A stretch of DNA of 64,000 nucleotides from Octopus bimaculoides (GCF_001194135.2 NC_068991.1:16495100-16559099); one strand, 5' to 3'; positions 1 to 12,269 are shown, counted from the first letter of the stretch. The notes: generated by a model from the letters alone, not told the origin. Made by a program: numbers and translations.

Positions 1-67
1 TATGTGAAATCTTGTATTAGTTAAAAAATGTTTGTTTAAAAAAAAAGTATGTCATGTATATGTGTAT

Positions 68-555
68 TTAAAATGTGTATTGCTCAGCAATTTGAGCAAA
101 GAGGTGCTCAAACTGTCTAGTGGAGTACCTCTTCCGCCACATGAATTCTATTAAATACGTGGAAAACAACTCGGATGAGGTACCATAAAGTTGCCGATAT
201 TTGCGCTTAGCATGCGCCCACATTCCTTCTACATGATTTGTATGTACACCTGTGGCTTCATCAACAAATGAAACTGAGTGGTTTACCGTTAAATGCAGGA
301 ACCCTTGCTGCTGCAAATTGCGATAACCTGTCCATTCATCAGTGAAAATGATGCTCCCTGGACGGACATGTTGCCGGATAATGGATTCCAAGGAATCCAT
401 GGACCGGCTATTATCCGGGTAAAACCCTGTAGTTATGCCTAAAGCGGCATAACATAGTTAATACTATATGCGTAGAAAATTTCATTAAAAAAAATTCATT
501 TTTCTGAAAGTTATGACCTCCCAAAGTCTGGGGGGTAAAACCCTGTAGTTATGCC
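68..555 (-). mobile_element. Merlin/IS1595 (ISXO2-like) DNA transposon remnant, internally deleted, in an HTD2 intron
   Basis: ORF 68-400 has the ISXO2-type DDE motifs ([38 protein letters not shown]) but only ~110 aa. A 22-bp motif GGTAAAACCCTGTAGTTATGCC occurs twice (418-439, 534-555), consistent with a terminal and a subterminal repeat. Confidence 0.8.
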
Positions 556-559
556 AATA

Positions 560-775
560 AAGCAACGAGCTGACAGAATCGTCGCTGCGCCAGACAAAAT
601 GCTTAGCTGCATTTCTTCCAACTTTACGTTCTGAGTTCAAATACCACCTGGATCGACTTTGCTTTTCAGCCTTTCGGAGTCGATAAAATAGGTACCAGTT
701 GAACACTGGGATCGATGCAATCGACTAATACACTCCCCTGAAATTGCTGGCCTTGTGTCAAAATTTAAAACTAAT
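560..775 (+). mobile_element. tRNA-derived SINE, family D (GTCGACTTTGCCTTTCATCC core)
   Basis: Matches the many other copies in the window (e.g. 63020-63240): GTTCTGAGTTCAAAT B-box-like head and GGGGTCGATAAA..GTACCAG body. Confidence 0.75.
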
Positions 776-966
776 ATTTACATATAAATGGTTTTGTTTA
801 CATTGTTTCATTCGAGTTTAGTTCGTCCCTCTGGCCATGCATAGAGGTATTGTGACATTGGTAGATAATTTCTGTTCCCCGATCACCTGTTAATATTAAT
901 TAGATCAATTAAATAAATGAATATATAAATTAATAATAAAAACACATGCTTAACATAATAACTTAC

Positions 967-1250
967 CCGTTGATTAACACACCGTGAACGATGCATTGCT
1001 TAAAGCGAGTGTTTTTGGCGTATTCGGGGTCGAAGTGAATCGGATTAAAATCAAGTATTAAACCAGCGAGCGTTTTAAGGTGAGTATGGTTAAATGTTCG
1101 CGACAAACTCGCGCTATCACCAATTTTAAAACCACACTCTGTACGGCGTGAAACATAATGCCGGGTGTACTGTGTATTGAGCACTGAGATCAAATTAGAA
1201 TGGCTCGAACTGTTACAGTTGAAACGTGAAAGAAGTCTCCAACCAAGCAT
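967..1250 (-). CDS. HTD2: Hydroxyacyl-thioester dehydratase type 2, mitochondrial (MaoC family), first coding exon; gene continues left of the window
   Basis: True ATG at 1250. The Arg/Ser/Leu-rich presequence is followed by KIGDSASLSRTF...DFNPIHFDPEYAKNTRF..CIVHGVLING, which aligns with human HTD2 KVGDRAELRRAF...DVNPLH..DFAKHTKF..TIVHGVLING. The ORF runs into a GG|gtaagt donor at 967/966 (phase 2). Confidence 0.88.
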
Positions 1251-1621
1251 CTTCGGAACGTTCTGCTGGTCCTCAGAAACTGATTAATATATAGATGAAG
1301 GACGGAAATAGGTACTTGAAATGCTGTTTGATAAATAGAATATCTTTTTGGGTCATCACCGACACATTGTGGATGTAAGGGGTATAACTCTAAATTAGGT
1401 TTTTGTCTTTATTTTCTTAGTTTACTTTTGTAAATTATATTGTTCTTGTAAAGTATATATAATAAATGGAATGAGCAAATCATTTTACAAAATGATTTGC
1501 TTGCTCTGCTCACTTCATTTTTAAATATTTGTCATTGTAAATACTCTATGGATATTTGTGTATTTTCAGATATTTTCTGGCAGAACAAACAATCTTCAAT
1601 TTTCAATTTTGTCTGATAGAT

Positions 1622-1827
1622 ACTATCCGTGGACGTGCTTAATACAGTTAACACCGAGTTAAATACCTCTATTAAGCACATCCATAGATATCGGATATCT
1701 ATGTATTTTTCTTTAGTTGAGTCAGTCTCTTGCAACTTTGGAGTTTTGCTTGTGTTCACAGGGTCGCCTGATAACCCTATGAACACAGACAAAACTCCAG
1801 AGAAGCAAGAAACTGGCTCAACCAAAG
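1622..1827. repeat. Two adjacent imperfect hairpin (foldback) elements
   Basis: TATCCGTGGACGTGCTTAATA...TATTAAGCACATCCATAGATA, then CTTTAGTTGAGTCAGTCTCTTG...CAAGAAACTGGCTCAACCAAAG inverted arms. Confidence 0.65.
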
Positions 1828-1854
1828 TGAAAATACATACATACATGCATTGAT

Positions 1855-2205
1855 GTTCGTCCGTCGTTGTCGTCGATGACCAGGGGATCACATGGGAGAA
1901 GAAGATGGATCACGGTGCATCCGGCTGTTGTCGATCAAGCCAATACATGTTCGGAATTTTCTGCCGCAGAGTCGGGAACTGTTGGTCTGCTGAGAATGAA
2001 GGCAAGGAGTTGGTTCTGGACTTGCGCAGCTCACGTTTTCTTTGTGCGCCTGCGATCCTATTCTGTTCGTAGGAGATGGCACCTCTGTTAGCTCAGCTTC
2101 GCCAGACAGGGCGGTGCTGTGCCTTCATTTCCCAGGTGTCATTCAGTGGGGCTTTGAATGAATCTTTGAAGCACTTTTCTGCCCACCTTGTGTTGCACTC
2201 TGCTA
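1855..2205 (-). mobile_element. RTE-clade LINE 3' end fragment
   Basis: Minus-strand translation gives CGRKFRTCIGLI..SRMH, an RTE/BovB-like C-terminal motif. It ends in a GGACG..CATCA tail abutting an (ATGT)n microsatellite. Confidence 0.7.
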
Positions 2206-2639
2206 AATACATACATACATAAATGTTTGTTTTTATGTTAAATTATAATACAAATAATTTAACATTAAACTGAAGGATTACACAATACTTTTTGAGTACA
2301 TATTTATTGAATTTTAACGAGAAGTCATTGTCACCACAGTTCTTGTAAAAGTATAGTGTCTGTATATGTGTGCGTGTGTGTTCTCTTAGTTGCCCAGTTA
2401 TTAGACTGCGACTATACTGGAGCACCGCTTTGACTTTATAGTCGAATGAATCAACCCCAGGACTTACATATTTTTCTAAAGACCTGATGTTTATTCTATC
2501 GGTCTCTTTTGCCGAACCTCTAGATTACGGGGACACGAACACACCAGCAACAGTTGTCAAGCGGTTGTGGAGGGTGGGGAATACAGACCCAAAGACATAC
2601 ATACATACACACACACACACACATTAATTTTATTAAACA

Positions 2640-2950
2640 TGTATAGCTTTGTTAAGCTAAACGCAAACAAACTAGTGGAGACGAGAAGACATTTATCAAA
2701 GGTTTATTACTTTGCGTACATCACAGCTTAAGTCGTCAATTATTTCTGTTTAGTCCAGATTTGCTTCACACTGTTGACATTCTTTTGTTTTCTTTCTCCC
2801 ACCGGAAGTCCCTTTTGTGTTACTGCTGACCAACTTCCTAGCTAGCCCGCAGCGAAGTTTCTGTCTATAGTTCGTCTGTCACGAATCCTGCCCAACCCAT
2901 GGAATGTTGTCCGTCCTCTTCTCAGTTCTCACTGACTAGGCCGCCAATAT
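2640..2950 (-). mobile_element. Possible solo LTR remnant
   Basis: CpG-retaining block that on the minus strand ends ...AATAAA-(~60 nt)-ACA. It also contains a CCGGAAGT motif. No internal coding sequence to confirm. Confidence 0.3.
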
Positions 2951-3749
2951 ATATATATATGTTATGGCTTTTATCCTTTCAGGATCGAGGAAGAAAGTAC
3001 CAGTCAAGTATTGAGATCGATGTAATCCAGTACCTCCTCCCTTCAAAAACTACTGTCTCTCTGTCAAATTTTGAAACCATTTTATATCTAATAAATAGCA
3101 ATACCCGCCGTTGATCGGGTAATTACTTTCACTATTTCTCGGGTTGAAAAGCTAGAATAATGGCTATATCGTATAGAAGAATAGTTTTACGGAATCCAGT
3201 AGGTTGCGCTGGCACTAAAAAGGTTGCAGGTGGAACATCCATTTGTTACTGTTCCTTTTGACGTTTGAATAGGCAGTATACTAAAGGAGAATAGAAAGAT
3301 TCAGTTTGAATGTGAACGAAGCTAGAAGAATAGCTATATCATATAAAAAGAATAGCTTTACGGAATCCAGGTGACTATACAATGGCACAGAGAAGGCCAC
3401 AGGTGAAGTGGAAGACCCATTTATCACGGTTTCTTTTGACATTTGAATAGGCCATACGCCCAAGGAGAATTAAGAAGCCACTTGCCTAAGGTGCCACGCA
3501 GTGGAACCGAACCCGGAACCATATGGTTGTGAAGCAAACTTCTAATTACACAACCACTAATGTTTTTTTATGTTCATTTGTAATAAAAACAGTTTTACAT
3601 TACTCTAATGGTTGACTCTATACTTTGGTAGAGTACAAATTTACTATTTTCAAACGAAAATATTATTGACAGTGACTTCGAAGGTTCGATCAGCTAAGCC
3701 ATCATCATACACACACACACTCACACATACATACACATACATACATACA

Positions 3750-4246
3750 TGATGATGGCCGTCCACTCGTGACCGAGGAAGACCATTGCCGACCTTCAGG
3801 AACATTGTGTGCTCTAGGACTAACTTACATTTTGCATTTGCGGCTCCGTTTGTGGCTAATGAGCCCTGCTCTTGACAAGCATACACGACTGCAAACATTG
3901 CAGACCAAGCTTTCCCCATTCACTATACGAGCTGTGCGCTTTCGCGTAGCTCGTTTAAGTTCTTCACGCTGGATAGTGCTCTCTCAAACGTATCGATCCC
4001 CTCCTTAACCTGCTTCCTCCATCTGTGGCGATGACAGGCATTGTTCTCCCAGTCAGTGTCCTGCATATCACAGGCCTTTAATGAGGACTTGACACAGTCC
4101 TTAAATCGCATCCTTGGTTTCTGCCTGAGTTCCCTCCATTCACAAGTTCTCCATAGAGCATCTGCTTAGGAATCCTGTTATCCTTCATTCTAATAAGGTG
4201 TCCAGTCCAACGTAACCAGTGCTTGTGTATCATTGCCTCAATACTC
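3750..4246 (-). mobile_element. RTE LINE 3' segment (degenerate ORF2 C-terminus and tail)
   Basis: Translates SIEAMIHKHWLRWTGHLIRMKDNRIPKQMLYGEL...RFKDCVKSSLKAC..W..R..WR..V..G. The tail GGACGGCCATCATC runs into (ATGT)n. Confidence 0.88.
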
Positions 4247-4808
4247 AAGATATCAGCTGTCGCCGATTTGCTGCCAATTCAAAGGTTTTCCAGTCTATTA
4301 TTCGTGACCTCCTTTATGCAGATGACTGTGACTTAGTCACTCATACAGTGGATGACATGCAAATACTCATGAATTGCATTTCTGCTTCTTGCAAGGCATT
4401 TGGACTCAGCATTAGCCTGGACAAGACTGTTGTAATATTCCAGCCTGCACCAGGAAATCCATATATGGAACTAGCTACCTTGGTTGAAGGAACAATTCTG
4501 AAGGTAGTAGACAAGTTTGTCTACCTGGGCAGCACATTCAGCCGTTGTTGCTCCCTGGATGAGGAAATATCTTTCAGGTTGCAGAGAACAACTAATTCCT
4601 TCCGGTCTCTTTAGTCTCGTGTCTGGTCCCAGCATGGCATCGCAAGGCAAACAAAAGTTGCTGTGTACCGTGCATGTGTACTGACATCGCTCCTCTACTC
4701 ATGTGAGACATGGACTCTGTACAAACGTCAGGTAAGGGTCCTTGAATGCTTTCAACAGAGATGTCTCAGACACATTCTCAATGTTGGCTGGACCTCAAAA
4801 ATTCCAGA
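4247..4808 (+). mobile_element. RTE LINE reverse transcriptase segment, inverted relative to its 3' part
   Basis: RDLLYADD RT motif, KTVV, FVYLGS, ..SLLYSCETWTLY..LECFQQRCLRHIL..KIPD. One internal stop. Confidence 0.9.
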
Positions 4809-4859
4809 CATACATACATACATACAAGATATATAGTATTATATGTATCATGTATATTG

Positions 4860-5095
4860 TGTGTGTGTGTGTGTGCGTGTGAGAGAGAGAGAGAGAGAGA
4901 GGGATGGCGTGCGTGCTTAAAGAAAGAAAGAAAGAAAGAAGAAAGAGAAAAAGAAAGAAAGAAGAAAAAACGAAAGAAAAAAGAAAGAAAGAAGGAAAGA
5001 AAGAGGAAAGAATAAAAGCTAGAAAGAAGAAAACCGAAAGAAAAAAAGAAAGAAAGAAAGAAAAAAGAAAATGGAAGGAAGGAAGAAAATAAAAG
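4860..5095. repeat. (GT)n/(GA)n/(GAAA)n microsatellite block
   Basis: Seen directly in sequence. Confidence 0.95.
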
Positions 5096-6308
5096 ATGGA
5101 AAGACCTTTGCTGTCGGTTTGGCTTCATTGTTTTATTACAATAAATAATTATATTATATTAATTAGAATGAAGGCCGGAGAAACAGATGTCTGCTGGCGG
5201 GCTGGACGGTCGGCTGGTGGGTTAAATGGCTGGCTGGCTGGCTGGTTGGTTGGCTGGTTGGCTGGTTTGTGAGTTGTTGTTCATTGGTCTCTCTTGAAAT
5301 GTACATTTCAAAAAATGGATTTCGAGCAGACGCCGCGTCTCTCTTTTACACAATTAGTTCTTATGAACTCTCTTCACCCCACTCTCTCTTTCTTTCTCTC
5401 TCGCTCTCTAATCTTACTATTTCTTTTTAGTTTATAATCCGCACCCCCTTTTTTATTCTTTATTGTCTTCTCCGCTCTCTACGCTTTCAGACTTTCTCTC
5501 ATCACCTCCCTATCTATCTTTCACTGTATCTAATTAATTATATCTCTACCTTTCTATCTATTTCTCCTCCCACACACTCTTTCACCCCTTCTCTCTCTCT
5601 CTATCTTTCACTCTGTCACTTTCAGACGCTGTCCCCATCTTCCATCCATTTCTCCTCTCCTCCTCTTTATCTCTCTATCTCACCCTCTCTCTCTTTCAAA
5701 GAATTCTCTTCTTGTCCCTTTCTCTCTTTCTTCTCCCCTACTATCTCATCTCTGTTCTTTAATTCTATCAAACCTTTGGCTTAATTCCATGGACGACAAA
5801 ACCCAGAAATGACATTTGGCAACACATGTTTAAAGAAGTGAGGGAAAAAAAGAAGAAAAAAGACAAATAACTTGATCCTTCTTATTGCTCAAAGTGAAAG
5901 CTTTATTATTAGTTTATTATTTGCTGATGGTTATTTCAATTTTTACTTTCATATAAATCATCCCTTCTCTCTCCCTCTCTCTCTCGCTGTATATGCCTTT
6001 GTCTTTCTCTCTCTTTTTCCCTCTCTCTATATATCTCTCTACTTCTCTACCACTCCCTCTCTGATCCAGGGGCAATAACTGACCTGTAATGGCTTCTGGG
6101 CTAACTTTAACCAGCAGATGAGTTATAGCAATTTCACTCACTTTTTCCATCTTTAAAGTAAGTTTCTTTTGTCTTACACTGATTGGGAAAACGATTCCAT
6201 GTCCTTGTCCTTCGACGGATTTCCGTATTACCATCTCTCTTTCATAAATTTTCACAACTCGTCTCCGAAAGCCAATTCTGTTTACTCAACAACACCTTTC
6301 ATATATAC

Positions 6309-6343
<35 letters not shown>

Positions 6344-6677
6344 NNNNNNNNNNAATATATATATATATATATCTGTAAAGATATATAGATGTTTATGTCC
6401 TTATAAATATTAATATCCAAATATATATGTATAGATATATAAAGAAGAAAAAAAAGGCCTACCTCCCTATCCAGACTCCCATATCTGTGCTGCCGGTACA
6501 TATGCGTGTATTGTAGAATACAAAACATTACCAGACGAAACAGTCCCAAGAGAATGGATTACTAACCAAGAAGACAAAAAATACCTTTTGTCAAGTAAAA
6601 CAAAGAAAACTTTTCTCCATCTGTTTTCTATAAATTTCTTTCTTGCTGTCCAAAAATCAGACCACGAACGTAGTTCT

Positions 6678-8171
6678 ATGAATAATTTCAATTACCAATC
6701 AGGGAAGAGGAATTCCCAGAATGCTGGGGTTCGTCGGCGTGGAAGAAAGCAGCTGCATGAAATACAGAACAATTTCAACGACGACATACAGATCCTAGAA
6801 GTGTCTTTACCGAAAAGGGGTCCCGTGAAGGAGAGACCAATCGAGAAAATAGATCTAGGTGTGAAAGAGAACTACTCACCACCCACAAAAGCAATTGACC
6901 AGTGTTCTTCTGAAGTTCCGCAGGTGAACTACCAGAGAGACGACAAATTAGAGATTTCCTTCCTGGAAGGCGATCGTGCTGAGAAATCACTGGACTTGGG
7001 CTGGGAATCACAAGAGATTAAGAGAAACATCTTGTTGAAACTCGCTACTGACGATGACTACAGTTTTACCAAAACCGAAGAATGTTTTATCCACGAGAGA
7101 GCCAAACTATATGTTGTCAACATGTTTCCCGAAAAGCATTACTATTATATTCCAGACAATGCTGAAGAACAACCCCAGTCGATCGATTCAGACGAAGAGA
7201 TTTTGAACGAAGGACAGGTGTTCTTTCCGACTTCTTACTCTGGCAAACGTAAGAGAAGATCCTATAACAATTTCAATTGTTATGTGACTCACCATAAGAA
7301 TGATGATCTCTACGATAACTCACACATTCTCCCCAAGGGGACACGGCTTTTGAAACCGCCTAATAAATTAGTAGAGCTCGTTGCTCAAGCCATCGATGGT
7401 TCTCCAGATGGTCTGCTACAAGTTCACCAGATATATACAGTGCTTCAGAATAAATACCCTTATTTTCGTTTCATGGATCGGATGGCTATTAACAGCTGGA
7501 GGAGTTCTATCCGCCATGCGCTTTACCAAAAATGGTTCAGGAAAATACATTTTAGCACAGAATCTATCAATAGAAAAGGTTGCTATTGGACCATAAACCG
7601 CCAATTTAGCCCCAAAACGTGGACAATGCCAGGATTTCAAAATATATCATCAGTTTATTTTACAACTGACTCTACTGAAAACTGTACTTCCAACTTCCAA
7701 CCAGAAACTCAACTTCCTGAGGTGGAAGCTCCTGGGCCAAACAATTCAATCACTTATGAGCAATGTAATTCCTCAAACGAATTTCAGCCAGTAATTAATA
7801 TGCCACAAGAATATTCTATTGCAATACGAGATGACCAACAGAATGAAGATGAAATCACCACATTGATCAAAGATCCGGATCCTATTCTAATTCCTTGGTC
7901 TTCTGAATCTGTAACTTCTGTTGGTCATATAGAAAATGCAGCACTACTTTCAAAAGATTCACAAATGTCTCAACTTCCCATTAGTTTTCAGATGAACACT
8001 GTAATAGATTGTGAAGAAATGCTGAATGCCAGCCCTGATACCTGGCTCCAACAGTGCTCTGGTTCTTCAGATTGGCCTCAGAATGTTGATGATGCCTCTT
8101 TGTGCTACCCATACACACAACAAATATTGTTAGCAACTTTTCCCTTGGCTACCTCACTTGCTAACACCTAA
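6678..8171 (+). CDS. Divergent forkhead-box (winged-helix) transcription factor, single coding exon (~497 aa from the first ATG)
   Basis: 1.5 kb stop-free ORF. Forkhead domain at 7353-7598 (KPP..LV.QAI..SPDG.L....IY..LQ.KYPYFR....SWRSSIRHAL...F.K......KGCYWTIN). Basic NLS-like RRRGRK and KRKRR motifs. First in-frame ATG at 6678; a possible acceptor at 6660 means upstream exons cannot be excluded. Confidence 0.85.
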   Translation: MNNFNYQSGKRNSQNAGVRRRGRKQLHEIQNNFNDDIQILEVSLPKRGPVKERPIEKIDLGVKENYSPPTKAIDQCSSEVPQVNYQRDDKLEISFLEGDRAEKSLDLGWESQEIKRNILLKLATDDDYSFTKTEECFIHERAKLYVVNMFPEKHYYYIPDNAEEQPQSIDSDEEILNEGQVFFPTSYSGKRKRRSYNNFNCYVTHHKNDDLYDNSHILPKGTRLLKPPNKLVELVAQAIDGSPDGLLQVHQIYTVLQNKYPYFRFMDRMAINSWRSSIRHALYQKWFRKIHFSTESINRKGCYWTINRQFSPKTWTMPGFQNISSVYFTTDSTENCTSNFQPETQLPEVEAPGPNNSITYEQCNSSNEFQPVINMPQEYSIAIRDDQQNEDEITTLIKDPDPILIPWSSESVTSVGHIENAALLSKDSQMSQLPISFQMNTVIDCEEMLNASPDTWLQQCSGSSDWPQNVDDASLCYPYTQQILLATFPLATSLANT

Positions 8172-8182
8172 ACATGAATATG

Positions 8183-8251
<69 letters not shown>

Positions 8252-10526
8252 CTAGTACCAAAGAAAGACTTTTAAAAATTCTGTTTCTTACCATTATTTG
8301 CAAAGGAGAATATTGATATGAATAAATATCTTCACTTATAAGTTGGTGGAAATTTTATGTCTGTTTTATGACAGAATCATAAACTTATGTTGTGGAATGT
8401 ACTAACAATAGAATCAGTCATATATATTATATATATTAAATCAAAATAAATCTAAAGAATCTGTTACTGGATCCCCACCCCCCATTTTTTCTTCATATCT
8501 TTCATAATTAAAACTAACAACTTAGTTTGTTAGATTAAAATATCAAGAAACTTTATCTCTATTTGGTTTTTCAAGTCTTGTTAGAATCAGTTATTTTGAA
8601 GGTTTTATAGCAACAATTTCTTTCTCCAATTTCAATGTTTTGCAAACAAATGCCTATTTTATTCAAATATTTAATACTGCATAAATTTGATTACAAAATA
8701 CTTACAGAAGTCTCTAAAATTGATTTTTATATAACTGTATTTTAAAATATATTACAACAACAACAACAATAATAATAATAATCTGCTTTTTGGGTGATGC
8801 CAGTTCAAAGTTAATTGTTGCTTTGGAAGTTTGATATGTGATGGATGTGACTTGAATCATTTATTAGAAAAAGATAAAAAGGAAAGAAAAAGAAAATTCA
8901 AACAAGCTTGCAGATATTTTCTCCTGATGATATTTATAAAAAACCAAAAACAGAGAAAAAAAATTGATAGTTATTTTAAATCCATGACAAGACTTGGGGA
9001 AGTTCAAAGCTAATTTGTTTGTCTTTATTTGATATGAAGAAATGTTTGGATGTTGAACATTAAAAATGATAATAAAAAATAGTTTTCTGACAGTTTTGTT
9101 GAAAAATGTTGCTTAACTGTGTATACATAAAATTATTGTCTCAAAATATATATGCAAATTTACAAAAATTGTCCATTTTCAGAATTTTATTTTTTACCTT
9201 TTCAAATTGTTATTTTATGCTGTAATATATTTTATATAAAGGGTTTGCTATTCTTTTGTATGTATTTTTTATGTTAATCTTTTATGAATCTGCTTTAGTA
9301 CTGTCTTAAAAAAATAGTTCTTCTAGTTCATAGTTTGTAATTTTGTTAAAATTGTATAACTGTTCCATAACTGTAAAGCATATTAAATCCATTCAGTAAA
9401 TTAGCCATTTAAAGATTCTCAATTCTATTATTTTGTAAAAGACTATTTCTGCAGTTGCTTCATTATATATATATCTTAAAGACCTATCAGCTTGAAAATC
9501 AAGATGAATTCTTTATTATGCTTCAACTTTATTATTTTCACCTGGAAAAGAGAAATTTATCTTTTAAGAAAAAACACAATACCATTACACTAATTTTAAT
9601 TAATGTAAATACTTAAGGACTGTTAATGTTTCCCTGAAGATATTTAGAGAATTGGCAATATTTATTAAATTTAGATATTAAAATCTTGAGTATTTGCCTT
9701 GAAAAGTTGAAATGACAGAGGCCTAAAAATTTCACCTCATGAAACTGTTATATAACATAGAAGTTATACACAAAAATTTTCTCTTTATTTATTTTCATGT
9801 CTCTACATAATGTTTCATCATATTTAGTTCTTGGAGTATGTTACAAGTATTGCTTGATAGTTTTAGATCAGTTGCCTATAGATTAAATAGGAGAAGGGAA
9901 TGAAAAGAGAAAAGAAAGGAGATATAGTAATGTCTTAGAAGCCATATTGGTTGTTGCTTGCAACACAAAGACCATATTAGAATATAGAAAAAGATAAAAT
10001 ATTTTGAGGATATGCAAGATATTGTACTACATTTTAGGAGAATTCATCTTCTCTGAAGAAATAAAGTTTTATAGAAAAAGAAACACGGTGAATAACAGGG
10101 AAGGCTAATTTAGTTATTGAAGTTGGTCAGTCAGTTTGTATTTGTATGGATAATTTATTTTGCATCCATCACTTGGAAGTAAAAATGGTGTCCTGTTTAA
10201 AGGGAGACAACTCCGTATTGCCTCTTCCGTGAATGATTCAAATAGTTCGAACGAAATTTCAATTATTGATTAATGTTCTAAGTGATTAATCCCTATTTGA
10301 AATAATAATATTAAATAAATATAACGGATTAACGTTATCAAATTTTTTTTCTTCAAAGCTGCAATTTTTATTTAGCTAATTTTTTAAAATTGGTGTCATT
10401 AGACGTGTAGATTACATTCCAAACATATTCTCAACAACACTTGATTTCTATTTCTGATTCTTGTGGAAGGAGACGTTTGGATTATGTCTACGAGATAAAA
10501 TTTTACAAGTTATATATATATATATA

Positions 10527-10589
10527 CAGGGTGTCCCAGAACTAACTATCTATAATTAATTCATAGACAGTTAATTTTGGGACACTGTG
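10527..10589. mobile_element. Tiny Tc1/mariner-type MITE
   Basis: TA-CAGGGTGTCCCA...TGGGACACTGTG inverted termini inside a TA/GT microsatellite. Confidence 0.6.
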
Positions 10590-11374
10590 TGTGTGTGTGT
10601 GTAATATATATTTAACATGTATCTCATGTATGTATACATCTATATTTAATATATATATTATGTATGTATATATTATATATATATATTAAATTTATATATT
10701 ATGTATATAAATATATATTTAGCATGTATATGTCATATAATTGATATGTATATATTAAACAATATATCATTTAAGTATATATGTGTGTGTGAGTATATGT
10801 ATGTATGTATGTAAATTTCTTTCTAAAAGAAAGAATATAGAATTATTAAGAAGTTTTGTTAAATCTTTGTGCTAATATATTTTTAGATAAGTTATGTTAT
10901 ATTTGCTAACCTCTAGTTGAGTGCAAGGAGAAGTTAGATTTGCTGACTAGTAAATATAACATGATTTTCTATTTTGCTATCATAGAGACAAAGTATTAAG
11001 GAAGTTTTTCTTTTTTCTTTTTCTTATCTATATTTTGGCATCAAGTAACTTTGGCTAAATGAGACAAGGGATATAATCTAAACTAATTCACATACAGGTA
11101 AAAGAAACAAAATTTAAATCCAGTTTATTATTAATAAATTTTTTTTTCTACATATTTTTTTTTTTTTTGGTAATCCAGACAAAATATAATGAATTACCTT
11201 TATTTTAATTGTCATATATTAGTTTCTTTTCCTATCTAAAAGAAAATGTTTTTAAAAATCTACTTATCCAAATCTTCAGCAGAATAGATTATTCAAACAT
11301 CTCTGGTTATTACTGCCAATGGCAGTCAATTGAAGATTCTTATTTCTGAGAAAATTAAAGCAAATACATTTCTA

Positions 11375-12102
11375 AAAAATAAAACGATCCTGTTGACCTA
11401 GGGATGATCTGGTTCTTCTCAGAGGAAAAGAACTTCTGTCAGGACAACCAGAATAGCAGGTGGCTTGCCTACAATCCATGTGATGTCCTACATGTCATGG
11501 AAACCAAGTTCCCCTAAATTGTGACAGTCTTTGGGTGTCTCCAGTGAGGTTGACATCATGCTACCCCACATCTTTGAACAGAGCCTTAAGCTCAATTCAG
11601 ATGACTATGTAAATCTCCTGGAGATAGTGGTTAAATCCTATTTGGAGAGGGTTGCTGCTGGAAGGCCATATGTAGGGTAACAGAATTCAGCTCCTTGCCA
11701 TACCTGTGGAAAGGGTCAGAAGTGGTTCTTGGAGAATTACAACTTCACCATCACCAATTTTTGGCCTCCTAAGTTGCCCAATTATAATCCCATGGTTTAC
11801 TTTATTTGGCCTGCAGTTGAGAAAGACACCAACTGCTCTGTGTGCAATACCAAGGCTAAGCTGATGGCCAAGATCAAGAAGATGTTTGAAGATCTTCCCA
11901 GAGACACAGTGAGGAACATATGCACCAGGTTCTGGAGCCATGATGGAGGCTGAGGGCATCGACTTCAAGTAAACTGCCATCTCCCAGCTATAATCCAGTT
12001 GATATTTTTTAATTTTTTTAAAAATACTTATATTTTTGGATGAAATATTGTGTTTCCTTTTCCTTTTATACAAATAGTCAAATTTAGCCTGAACACTCTG
12101 TA
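11375..12102 (+). mobile_element. Degenerate Tc1/mariner transposase (DD37D/maT-like) with 3' TIR
   Basis: Frameshifted WFFSEEKNF, KFP..V.VFG, QNSAPCHT, WPP..P.YNPM.YF.W..VEK.TN...CNTK motifs. Ends CTGAACACTCTG-TA. Confidence 0.8.
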
Positions 12103-12151
12103 TATACATATATTTATATATATATATATACCACACACACACATATGCACA

Positions 12152-12219
<68 letters not shown>

Positions 12220-12226
12220 TATACAC

Positions 12227-12269
<43 letters not shown>

